This document shows, piece after piece, positions 10,801 through 17,968 of a stretch of 64,000 bases of DNA. This DNA is from an uncultured cyanobacterium (GTDB lineage Bacteria; Cyanobacteriota; Cyanobacteriia; Cyanobacteriales; CAWUOF01): positions 6,080,001 to 6,144,000 of the forward strand of contig CAVUSO010000001.1 in assembly GCA_963744145.1 (NCBI GenBank). Reading direction: 5' to 3'. The notes below the pieces were generated by a model. The model ran no database searches, was not told where the DNA came from, and saw only the letters and a list, made by a program, of their open reading frames with translations. Both the position numbers and the translations under genes were made by a program. Positions within the stretch are counted from its first letter, which is position 1, and every line of letters starts with the position of its first letter.

Positions 10801-11484
10801 GAATTTACCATTAGAGATACAACGGAAACTAATTATCTCCAAATCCGGGAATCGTTCCATCAATTATTTTCCCAAAAATGTAATCCTCTTGATGGATTAC
10901 TCGAACTAGGAAAAATTCAACCAGGATATATAATAGGAGGAATATTAATAGTACCAATTACTGATAAAATCTTAAAAGAAAACTATCTTATTGCTCTCGA
11001 AGATATTATTAAGTATACCCCCGATCATATCTTTAAGCAAATGTATCTAATCAGTAAAAGTCCATCTTACCCGGACAACTTGCGATCGGCAATTAAAGAT
11101 GCAATAGAATTAGTAGAGAAACTCCGAGAACCTACTAATAAATCCCAACGATTTGAACAATATAGTCGGCATTTTGATCAATATTATGCTTTACCATTAT
11201 TCGCATTTATTGCTGCAACAGCAATGAAAAAATATTTTGCTGAAAACCCCGAAGAACCTGAAGACAAACGATTTCGGGATATTCTCGCTGGGTATATTCG
11301 TCAACTCTATCCAGTCGGTAATATTCTTCCCATTGATCATCGATATAGTGAGTTTCCTTTTGTGATATTTAGAAGTTATAATTTAGCAGAAATTAGGACT
11401 AAGATTTTTCAAGATCAATATATTTTAAATTCCTATGAATTGAATGTACTAAATTTAATTTTGTCTAAAGCAGAAGATGGGTGA
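7843..11484 (+). CDS. Large divergent superfamily-2 helicase-like protein (~1210 aa)
   Basis: Walker A TGNPGIGKTT, Ia YASPRKQV, Walker B IMIDEIT, III ADAS, IV VIVYIQNK, V FMTASGSRGLSFP, VI IQVIYRGRG. Confidence 0.8.
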   Translation: MTYKIGEDLGRIFEVGFNIGILAYIQQHQIKQRFGNLYLQELQQLKFPKMLKRITDKFTDPVQRKIAETWSTFFLEKGFLSGLNFLGEYLQATGWNESQQLRNLEIVYYQCRFNGDNSIGTYEEKTDSQWLEEVLTQFPNLEEEDRRKIIYQYTGKGKSGEFLYADMLMLLRYRRQYRILCVDLSIFSINTSADVKDLNYIELIREILVRDLNYLRSKSVFANLKIDAGNLGFEFSQDLQNYFSAFKYDDKESAKFIQAASYVYSFYGFLQERGILTESNSVVFNAVGYSDRSISSMSVRPENLIILKTCYEIYKHDLSPKEISDARQLVLNRIKRSAYTSFDNGKQLVDALLTITPNQINFIPHQEKITNFFNSVGEVPSGLIDQLGLTGTKNLRQVHTEIVQKALNSDHTYIFLTGNPGIGKTTAIADFLKSPVHLEEGFLFFYASPRKQVNLDIIEKFKDPQTNLLCSDRMICINTNYNLIRDNDKLGRYTVQYVANQPIQGNYSVNFVDSRVIQQPGYRSEKLNRSAIDLIKPAAQKTKGVLSSISEAIYILVNRNISNNIVATVSIQSLKKTDTSDTLKHFRKIFRDAYNQSTGTVIPSQMRQISRRIKHLFIMIDEITGSDGGVEFLNGISEILTEYKLTDPQSGFNTKIIVADASIVDQDVICQHLQNSSAEPDKIYFRRTSQIESQPITLQEFRFKNFPAIAINTNSYPAGNLTIQYKIFIESCKFREKANLPPNSSLETRVQSEILTDLTTRLKQTDGEQVIVYIQNKSRLAELIDYLTKHLEEFNKFVDYLEIHANISEVEKEQIAQCKNQVKVVFMTASGSRGLSFPKAKHILVEIPRFEIEQNLMEIIQVIYRGRGDDQIDKQDKELVFYLSDRSIYYDQESQLSLQESVLNILNILLILKASIMTRIFGYGKIGRDKFMIIPIGGKSVSGAGETFSVQMENLIRELKKEHNRNPSDTKLKQIYTSLQQLLSRAEFTIRDTTETNYLQIRESFHQLFSQKCNPLDGLLELGKIQPGYIIGGILIVPITDKILKENYLIALEDIIKYTPDHIFKQMYLISKSPSYPDNLRSAIKDAIELVEKLREPTNKSQRFEQYSRHFDQYYALPLFAFIAATAMKKYFAENPEEPEDKRFRDILAGYIRQLYPVGNILPIDHRYSEFPFVIFRSYNLAEIRTKIFQDQYILNSYELNVLNLILSKAEDG

Positions 11485-11643
11485 ATTAGTTATTTTTTCT
11501 CATGGAAAAATTACCAATATTGAAAAAATTGCAATTTCATGGTAAATTGAGATCAGATAGTTTTAATTTAGTAAGTGCTTGAACAAGCTTGGCGCTAAAC
11601 CTGCAACTTGGGATCACCTAAAGCGTAACTTTTTACTATCACT

Positions 11644-11703
11644 ATGGCAATATATAATAATATTCTCGAAGCGATCGGCAAAACCCCTCTGGTTAAACTC
11701 TAA
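11644..11703 (+). pseudogene. 5' stump of a cysteine synthase (CysK/CysM-like) gene
   Basis: MAIYNNILEAIGKTPLVKL* matches the IGxTPLVxL N-terminus of fold-type II PLP enzymes. Confidence 0.6.
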
Positions 11704-11853
11704 TATTCTACAATTCACCGCATCAACCAATAATATCACTCATCATTGCTCCGGTCTAGGATATTATCTTGAGCATTGAAAGTGGTTATGGTAGCGGATC
11801 TTTCCGCAAGAATCGCGATTAAACCAGAGACACATCTTTCTATTCAATCCGCT

Positions 11854-12485
11854 TCACAACTTGAAAATTGCATCTATTTTACGTCTCAGGATTGCTTTCA
11901 GTAACTCAACTTTTAGAGGAGTAAATTTCGGCAACAAAATATCAGTGAAAGTATTATTTCCATCAAAGTTAAGACCTGCATCAGCATTTATAGTAGCTTG
12001 AAGCGATATTTCCTTTTTGCCGTATAAATTAGTAAGATATTGCATAGAATGTAGTCAAAGTGATAGTTAATCTCAGCATCAGCTACTCGATGTTTTAAAT
12101 ATACCTCTGCCCAAACACCAATCTCAGTTTCAAGTGGTAAACCTGCACGAACTAATAAATCACGTTCATAATGCTGTAAAGTATGATTGATAGAAGGCAT
12201 CCCCTGACTGTCAAACTTAGCTGCAAATAATCGACGTGGACAGACAACCCAAATATCCTCACCTGCTTGAATTGAACATACACCAGGTATAACTTCTGTG
12301 ACATCACTATTAAAGTAGTGAGTTAGAGGTTCTTGTGGTGTGAGCTTAATTTTGGTTTGATAGCGATTACCACCACCATCGCAAATTACACCCATAAATG
12401 GACATTGATGAGATTTTCGGCTTCTCTCCACCTCTTCACTGCGATCATCTACGGGAAAACCGAATAGTTCAAAAATTCTAGGCAT
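11854..12485 (-). pseudogene. NotI-like type II restriction endonuclease, internally deleted and frameshifted
   Basis: CPF..CDGGGNR..GVCSI..VVCPRRL Cys cluster; frame breaks after FDYIL; a plausible C-terminus follows in another frame; lies directly downstream of the MTase. Confidence 0.7.
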
Positions 12486-12515
12486 AAGTAATTATTGATT
12501 CGAGCAGAATAGGAT

Positions 12516-13646
12516 CTAAACGCTAAGAAATTTTTTCTTTAAGGATTCATTAATAACTTTTCCTGGGGTGATAAATTTAGCGATCGCTTGAGCTATAGCA
12601 TAAGCAACAGGTGGAGGAACGGAATTAGCAACTTGACGATGCTGATCTAAATACCGAACTCTACCTGAACGACCTCGAATCGGACCTTTTAGAAAGTAAT
12701 CATCAGGGTATCCATGAATCCGCATATATTCCCGTGGAGTTAGGTATCTATCTTCAACAGGATGAAAGAAAATTTCTCCACACCTGAGAGTTAGTGAAGG
12801 TTCAGAAAAAGAAAGCCGACGAAACTTCGTTGTATCCTTTTTTGTGAGCTTACCTCTCTGACTCTCTGGGAGATGTAATTCTTTAGCTAAAAAAGAACCT
12901 TCAGGTACTCCATGAATACGCCTTCTATCTCCTGCTGGTGTAATGTCTATATGGCTATCTTCAGGTTGGTTATCTTTATTGTTTGATGGACTACCTAATC
13001 CGTTTAAAGCTTGACCAACTGTAATATAGGGCTGAAGAGGAAATAAGGAAAATTGAGGGTCTGCTTTTCCATGAGTTGGTAATGGGAAATTGAAGTGGCC
13101 ATCTATTCTTGTTGCAACGATAAAAACCCTTTCTCTGGCTTGAGCTACGCCATAATTTGCCGAATTTATAGTTTCTATGTTTAATTGATAACCTAGTTCC
13201 CTGAACTGACTTACAATAGCTCTGCAAACACCACCACAACCAGACTCATCGGGAGCTGTCAATATACCTTTAACTTGCTCAATAACGATTACTTTAGGTT
13301 TTAAAACCCTAGCAAATCTAATAAATTCAAAGATAAGTAAGCCTCGCTCATCATTTAATGAAGCCCGTTTTCCAGCCTGAGAAAAACTCTGACAAGGACT
13401 ACCACCAAATAGCAAATCTAATTCACCTATCTGTAAGTCTAAATCTCTCATTAGTTGAGATGGGTTAATTTGTTTTATATCCTTTTCAAAAAGGACAGTT
13501 TTCGTGTTTTCTCTTTCAATAGCACTTTGTAAAGTTTGGCAACAGTGAGGAGCTATTTCAATGCAAGCTTGGATTTCAAAACCAGCTTGACGAACACCAA
13601 TATCCATTCCACCTGCACCTGAAAAAAGAGATATAGCAGAAAACAT
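12516..13646 (-). CDS. DNA (cytosine-5)-methyltransferase
   Basis: SLFSGAGG, GGSPCQSFS, EQV (ENV variant), QARER, RQVANSVPP. Confidence 0.95.
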   Translation of the reverse strand: MFSAISLFSGAGGMDIGVRQAGFEIQACIEIAPHCCQTLQSAIERENTKTVLFEKDIKQINPSQLMRDLDLQIGELDLLFGGSPCQSFSQAGKRASLNDERGLLIFEFIRFARVLKPKVIVIEQVKGILTAPDESGCGGVCRAIVSQFRELGYQLNIETINSANYGVAQARERVFIVATRIDGHFNFPLPTHGKADPQFSLFPLQPYITVGQALNGLGSPSNNKDNQPEDSHIDITPAGDRRRIHGVPEGSFLAKELHLPESQRGKLTKKDTTKFRRLSFSEPSLTLRCGEIFFHPVEDRYLTPREYMRIHGYPDDYFLKGPIRGRSGRVRYLDQHRQVANSVPPPVAYAIAQAIAKFITPGKVINESLKKKFLSV

Positions 13647-13703
13647 AAAAAAATCAGGGTTGATAATAAAGATATTGTTTTTTATTATATATCATTCCGT
13701 GAT

Positions 13704-13729
13704 GCGATCGCGATTCCAGTTTATGGGGC
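13704..13729. repeat. 26-bp HIP1-anchored direct repeat, copy 1 (copy 2 at 15822-15847)
   Basis: gcgatcgcgattccagtttatggggc is identical in both places, each followed by a second HIP1. Confidence 0.85.
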
Positions 13730-13905
13730 AGGCGATCGCTTTTCTTGAGAATACCAGGGAGAACGATCCTTGCTCATGCTTCGCCCCTCAATAAACATTC
13801 ACATTATATTGATGGCAGTCAATAACGATTAATGGACTGGCGCTATAGGCTGAGTTTTTGCCATAATAGATCAGATGTAATTCCTAGTTTAAGAGTGTAG
13901 TAGCT

Positions 13906-14142
13906 ATGACTGAGTTGCTTGAACGTGCAATTAACCAGTTGAAGACTTTGCCTACGGATGAGCAAGACGCGATCGCGACTCGTCTCTTGGCAGAAATGGA
14001 AGAAGAGCAGACATGGAAAACTAAGTTTGAATCTACAACTGATGAGCAGTGGGATCGGATAGCCCAGATGGTGCGTCAAGAAATTGCTGTTGGCGATATC
14101 GCTCCTTTATCCGACGTTTTCCCCTCTGAGTCTCAACCATGA
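13906..14142 (+). CDS. Putative type II antitoxin
   Basis: MTELLERAINQLKTLPTDEQDAIA resembles a common cyanobacterial antitoxin family; ATGA overlap with the toxin stump. Confidence 0.7.
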   Translation: MTELLERAINQLKTLPTDEQDAIATRLLAEMEEEQTWKTKFESTTDEQWDRIAQMVRQEIAVGDIAPLSDVFPSESQP

Positions 14143-14252
14143 AATCAAGTGTCACGAAAGCATTTCGCCAGAAACTCGATCAGCTTCCTACATCAATTCA
14201 AAAGCAAACTGCTAACCAGCAGCCTAAAACGACAACGAGCGATCGTTCGTAG
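14139..14252 (+). pseudogene. Truncated RelE/ParE-superfamily toxin
   Basis: MKSSVTKAFRQKLDQLPTSIQKQ is a RelE-type N-terminus; stops after 37 codons. Confidence 0.65.
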
Positions 14253-14329
14253 CTCAGATGTTGAGAATCCAATCCCAAAAAAGAGAGCAGCCAAAATAAT
14301 ACTTGACATCTTACCTCTCACAACCTCTA

Positions 14330-14641
14330 TCACTCATCAAAAGGTTCTTCAAAAAGCGCTTCCAAATTGCGGTATCCACTAACAACTCGTAAAATCTCAA
14401 TACCCTCTTCAATTGGCAGATAGAAAATCAGGTAATCATCAACAGGAAAACTTCGCAATGAAGGAAAAAGCTGATCACGTTGACGCCCCATGTTAGGAAA
14501 ACTTGCTAAAGTCTTACACTTTTGATTGACTTTTTTCAAGAAACGCTCTGCTGGCTCAAAACCACTATTGTCAGCAATCAAGTCGATAATGGTTTCAATA
14601 TCTCGACTAGCTGGGACAGTAAACCGACAAATATTACTCAT
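14330..14641 (-). CDS. parE: ParE-family toxin
   Basis: ASRDIETI..LASFPNMGR..LRSFPVDDYLIFY..IEILRVVSG. Confidence 0.9.
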   Translation of the reverse strand: MSNICRFTVPASRDIETIIDLIADNSGFEPAERFLKKVNQKCKTLASFPNMGRQRDQLFPSLRSFPVDDYLIFYLPIEEGIEILRVVSGYRNLEALFEEPFDE

Positions 14642-14907
14642 AAACCAGCTTTTTGGCGATGTCGTTCTAGTTTCTGTTGGAGTTGGGAGAAAACTATTTC
14701 TCCATCAATTACTTCACCCCGTTCCGAGGCTTCAACACCAATCATAATTTCCCTTCTCAATTCTTCAAATCGTCCTTTGTAAATGCTTTCCCGTTCTTCT
14801 AAAAGCCTAATTCCTGCTATAATCATTTCTTCAGCAGAAGCATACTTACCGCTTTCTACTTGACTTTGAATAAACTGCGAAATTTCTGAACCTAACGATA
14901 TATTCAT
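14638..14907 (-). CDS. parD: ParD-like (CC2985 family) antitoxin
   Basis: MNISL..FIQSQVESGKYASAEE..GIRLLEE; 4-nt overlap with the toxin gene. Confidence 0.88.
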   Translation of the reverse strand: MNISLGSEISQFIQSQVESGKYASAEEMIIAGIRLLEERESIYKGRFEELRREIMIGVEASERGEVIDGEIVFSQLQQKLERHRQKAGL

Positions 14908-14950
14908 CTTTGACTCCGCTTGTTATAGATGATTTTAATCCACTTTTTAG

Positions 14951-15471
14951 GCGATCGCATCACTTCTAATCGCAGATGAGAGTAATTTTACCTGTAGGGG
15001 CGAAGCATTCGGGCGACAATTGAACAATAAAACGGTTAATCTTATCCCCGAATGCTTCGCCCAGCTCTACGCCGAGATCCCCAAAAATATCCTTGATCTT
15101 TATATTTAAGTCCTAGATATTGCGATCGCTCTCCCTGTTTCTAGGATTGCGATTAATTCATCAAGCGATCGGGTAAGCTATTGGTTAACTTCAGGAATGC
15201 TGTTTTTTGGGATCGAAGGAGCGATCGCATCACTTCCAATCGCAAATGAGAGTAATTTTCCCTGTAGGGGCGAAGCATTCGGGCGACAATTAAACAATAA
15301 AACGGTTAATCTTATCCCCGAATGCTTCGCCCTTCTTTTACGCCGAGATCCCCCAAAATATCCTTGATCTTTATATTTAAGTCCTAGATATTGCGATCGC
15401 CAACCAGTTTCTAGGATTGCGATTAATTCATCAAGCGATCGGGTCAGCAAGTCAATTTGTTGGTTAACTTC
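14951..15471. repeat. Tandem ~270-bp duplication, each unit starting at HIP1 and containing a REP-like GTAGGGGCGAAGCATTCG...CGAATGCTTCGCCC palindrome
   Basis: Units start at 14951 and 15221 and are highly similar. Confidence 0.9.
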
Positions 15472-15534
15472 ACGCCATTTGCTCACACTTCGCGCTCTCG
15501 TTTGGGAGTCGGGTATTTGGGCTGGTTGATTCAT
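15178..15534 (-). CDS. Small hypothetical coiled-coil protein whose 3' part runs through the repeat
   Basis: MNQPAQIPDSQTRARSVSKWREVNQQIDLL looks protein-like; its 3' half is what is duplicated. Confidence 0.35.
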   Translation of the reverse strand: MNQPAQIPDSQTRARSVSKWREVNQQIDLLTRSLDELIAILETGWRSQYLGLKYKDQGYFGGSRRKRRAKHSGIRLTVLLFNCRPNASPLQGKLLSFAIGSDAIAPSIPKNSIPEVNQ

Positions 15535-15543
15535 GGTAGAGTG

Positions 15544-15769
15544 CAATACAGTTCAGGTAAGATTTTTTTTGGATATCTCGGCGAAGAAGGGCGAAGCATT
15601 CGGATCTAAGATAAACCGCCCTTCGACTCCGCCCTTCGACTTGTCCCTGAGCGTAGTCGAAGGGCGCTCAGGGAACACTCAGGGTAAATTTTTATTGTTC
15701 AATTGTCGCCCGAATGCTATGCCTCCGGCACGCTACGCGAACGCCCCTACGCTTAACTGAACTGTATTG
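15544..15769. mobile_element. MITE family C with 18-bp TIRs and nested small repeats
   Basis: CAATACAGTTCAGGTAAG / CTTAACTGAACTGTATTG (17/18 inverted match). Confidence 0.75.
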
Positions 15770-15910
15770 GGTTCTAACCAATAACTGATCTGCTGAAATG
15801 CTTATGCCTACAGCACGCTACGCGATCGCGATTCCAGTTTATGGGGCGCGATCGCATCACTTCTAATCGCAGATGAGCGTGGACAAGAGTAGACCATTGG
15901 GCTACAATAC

Positions 15911-16186
15911 TTAATTATTTTGACTCACTTCAGTTATTCTCGAAGAAATTACAAGCCCGGCAGTTCCTAACCCTATAGTTGCTAAAGAACCTACAATAAT
16001 AAGTTGAGCCTGGTTAGTATTTATTGGTGAAGGTACTATGACTTCAACATCAGGAATCCCACTTCTTATAGTTGGACTTTGTGCTGGTTCTTGAGCGCGA
16101 GCTAACTTGATCAAACCAAATACAAACAATAAAACACCCAAAACGATAAATCCTACACTAATAATTTTTAAAATTATCTTTTTCAT
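15911..16186 (-). CDS. Small membrane protein (two hydrophobic segments)
   Basis: GGAG RBS upstream; N- and C-terminal hydrophobic stretches. Confidence 0.6.
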   Translation of the reverse strand: MKKIILKIISVGFIVLGVLLFVFGLIKLARAQEPAQSPTIRSGIPDVEVIVPSPINTNQAQLIIVGSLATIGLGTAGLVISSRITEVSQNN

Positions 16187-16460
16187 GTTTGTTGGCTCCT
16201 CTTTGATTAAAGTATGGTGGATAGGATAGAAATTAGTATTGCTTTGTGTGTTTTAACAATGATTCTCAAAAAAACGTTTGGTTCTCTCTTTAATTTCTGG
16301 TATCACCTCCCATTGATGATCTTCAATTGATTTTCTAACCATTTCAGGTTGTTTTTCTGTATGGACACCTTTACAATTTGGACTCTCGTGTTTGAAAGTC
16401 AAATTACCAGTATAGGGCTAAAGTCTTGAAACCTACCAGGGGAAAGTAAAGCAGCATTTT

Positions 16461-16492
16461 ATGTCAAGTTTTTTTGCAAAAAGACTTGACAT
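16461..16492. promoter_or_regulatory. 32-bp palindromic operator overlapping a TTGACA -35
   Basis: ATGTCAAGTTTTTTTGCAAAAAGACTTGACAT, one mismatched pair; upstream of the AbiEi-like gene. Confidence 0.65.
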
Positions 16493-16543
16493 TTGCGCCA
16501 TAGGTTAGACAATGGAACTAAGACTAGACATGAGATTCAAGCG

Positions 16544-17260
16544 ATGAAGAGGAGTCGAGTTAATACCGCAGAGTTAATCCGCAGACAGATTGAGGAAAGG
16601 GGAGAAGCCTACTGGCGACATTCTGATTTCTCCAATTTGCCCCCAACTGCGGTGAGTAAAACTCTCTCCCGACTAGCAGAAGAAGGAGTTTTGGAGCGAG
16701 TCAGCAAGGGACTTTACTACCATTCGCGTCAGACTCGATTTGGTCGGAGCCGTCCATCTCAAAGCGATATCCAAAAGCTACTCACAAAACAAAATTTGCA
16801 TCCAGCGGGGCTGACTGCTGCTAATTTACTAGGATTTACGACTCAAAATACAATCCAAGGTGAGTTTGCCACCTCAGCGAATAGTGTCCCTCGCACCATC
16901 ATCGGCGATCGCGCCAGAGTCCACACCCGCAGACCCCAAACATGGAACAACCTAGAAGCTACTGATGCAGCAATACTTGATTTCTTAAGATCTAGAGGGA
17001 ATTTGAGTGAGTTGTCTCCAAAAGAGACTAAGCAACGGTTACTGGACTATTTTCGATCAAGCGATCGCTTTGAACGGTTAGTAGCAATCGCAGATGAGGA
17101 ACCACCGCGAGTGCGAGCTATACTGGGAGCGATCGGACAAGAACTAGGTCAAAGTCTAAAAAAATTAGAAAAACTTAGAAATAGCTTAAATCCCTTATCT
17201 CGGTTTGATTTCGGTAAGTTCAGCAACCTTCGCTATGCCAAAGAGTGGCAAGGAAAATGA
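16544..17260 (+). CDS. AbiEi-like (DUF6088-type) type IV antitoxin / wHTH regulator
   Basis: AVSKTLSRLAEEGVLERVSKGLYY and AANLLGFTTQ motifs. Confidence 0.78.
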   Translation: MKRSRVNTAELIRRQIEERGEAYWRHSDFSNLPPTAVSKTLSRLAEEGVLERVSKGLYYHSRQTRFGRSRPSQSDIQKLLTKQNLHPAGLTAANLLGFTTQNTIQGEFATSANSVPRTIIGDRARVHTRRPQTWNNLEATDAAILDFLRSRGNLSELSPKETKQRLLDYFRSSDRFERLVAIADEEPPRVRAILGAIGQELGQSLKKLEKLRNSLNPLSRFDFGKFSNLRYAKEWQGK

Positions 17261-17292
17261 AACTTTATAAAGATCAACAGGACTATCTTTAG
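17257..17292 (+). pseudogene. Stump of the cognate AbiEii nucleotidyltransferase toxin
   Basis: ATGA-coupled MKLYKDQQDYL* at the position where the toxin gene is expected. Confidence 0.45.
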
Positions 17293-17323
17293 CGATTCAT
17301 CTCCCCAGTTTTTATAATCAGAA

Positions 17324-17683
17324 ATGAGCGGCATTAATCGCCAACTAACACGAGATCCCAGAAGTAGTTTATTTGAAAAACATCTTCCGGGTACATCACA
17401 AGTGGAACGACTGTTAAGGAAAGAGGGAAAAGCTCATGTTTTTAATGACAGAACTACTCTAGATGCAGTGGAGGAGGCTATTATAGAGAGAGGGTATCTA
17501 ACAGGAGTTGAGGATAAAATAGATAGCTATGAACGTTATGGACTCTATTTTGATGATCCAATCGGCTATCAAATTAGAGCAGATGGTAGTCAAATACCCC
17601 TTTATTACGCTGAAATAAAAATTCTTAAAGGAACAGATACATACCATGTTATCCCACGCACTAGACCTCGCCGAACAAATTAA
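17324..17683 (+). CDS. Hypothetical protein (DUF6972-like), possible small nuclease toxin
   Basis: KHLPGT..AHVFND..ERYGLYF..YHVIPRT; overlaps the next ORF. Confidence 0.6.
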   Translation: MSGINRQLTRDPRSSLFEKHLPGTSQVERLLRKEGKAHVFNDRTTLDAVEEAIIERGYLTGVEDKIDSYERYGLYFDDPIGYQIRADGSQIPLYYAEIKILKGTDTYHVIPRTRPRRTN

Positions 17684-17903
17684 TGACTGGAAATTTATGG
17701 AATTGTGGGTAGATCCAATTATTTTTCCCCCTCGGATTTTGATGTTAGTGAGTGGAAAAAAGGGAGGATTTGGGATTTATGACCCATCAGCTAACTATCA
17801 GGCGCTGTTTTTTAGTTCAACCTATGATGAGGCTCATTCATGGCTTTTGGAAGATGAATATGAGCGATGTGATGGTCGGCTTTTAGCCGAGGAAATTCTT
17901 TGA
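17646..17903 (+). CDS. Small acidic hypothetical protein, possible partner or immunity protein
   Basis: 85 aa, 38-nt overlap with the upstream ORF. Confidence 0.6.
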   Translation: MLSHALDLAEQINDWKFMELWVDPIIFPPRILMLVSGKKGGFGIYDPSANYQALFFSSTYDEAHSWLLEDEYERCDGRLLAEEIL

Positions 17904-17922
17904 GTTTACGTCGTTCAGTAAT

Positions 17923-17961
17923 CCAACTAATTGCTACAGAACAATCCAATACAAACTGCAT
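17923..17961 (-). pseudogene. 5' stump of a VapC/PIN toxin
   Basis: MQFVLDCSVAISW (PIN first-strand Asp motif); TAATG-coupled to the antitoxin stop once the IS is removed. Confidence 0.65.
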
Positions 17962-17968
17962 TAAAATC

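Noticed and set aside
7843..11484. Helicase as Cas3 or type I/III restriction subunit
   Set aside because: No HD domain, cas, hsdM/S or mod genes nearby; motif II is DEIT rather than DEAH/DExH
14149..14382. 77-aa ORF as the toxin of the 13906 antitoxin
   Set aside because: Wrong frame; the toxin-like sequence starts at the coupled ATG 14139 and stops at 14252
15533..15760. 75-aa ORF
   Set aside because: Lies almost entirely within a MITE and repeat mosaic
14951..15878. Repeats as integron attC sites or a CRISPR array
   Set aside because: No integrase in the window, no clear RYYYAAC/GTTRRRY box pairing, and units are too long and irregular
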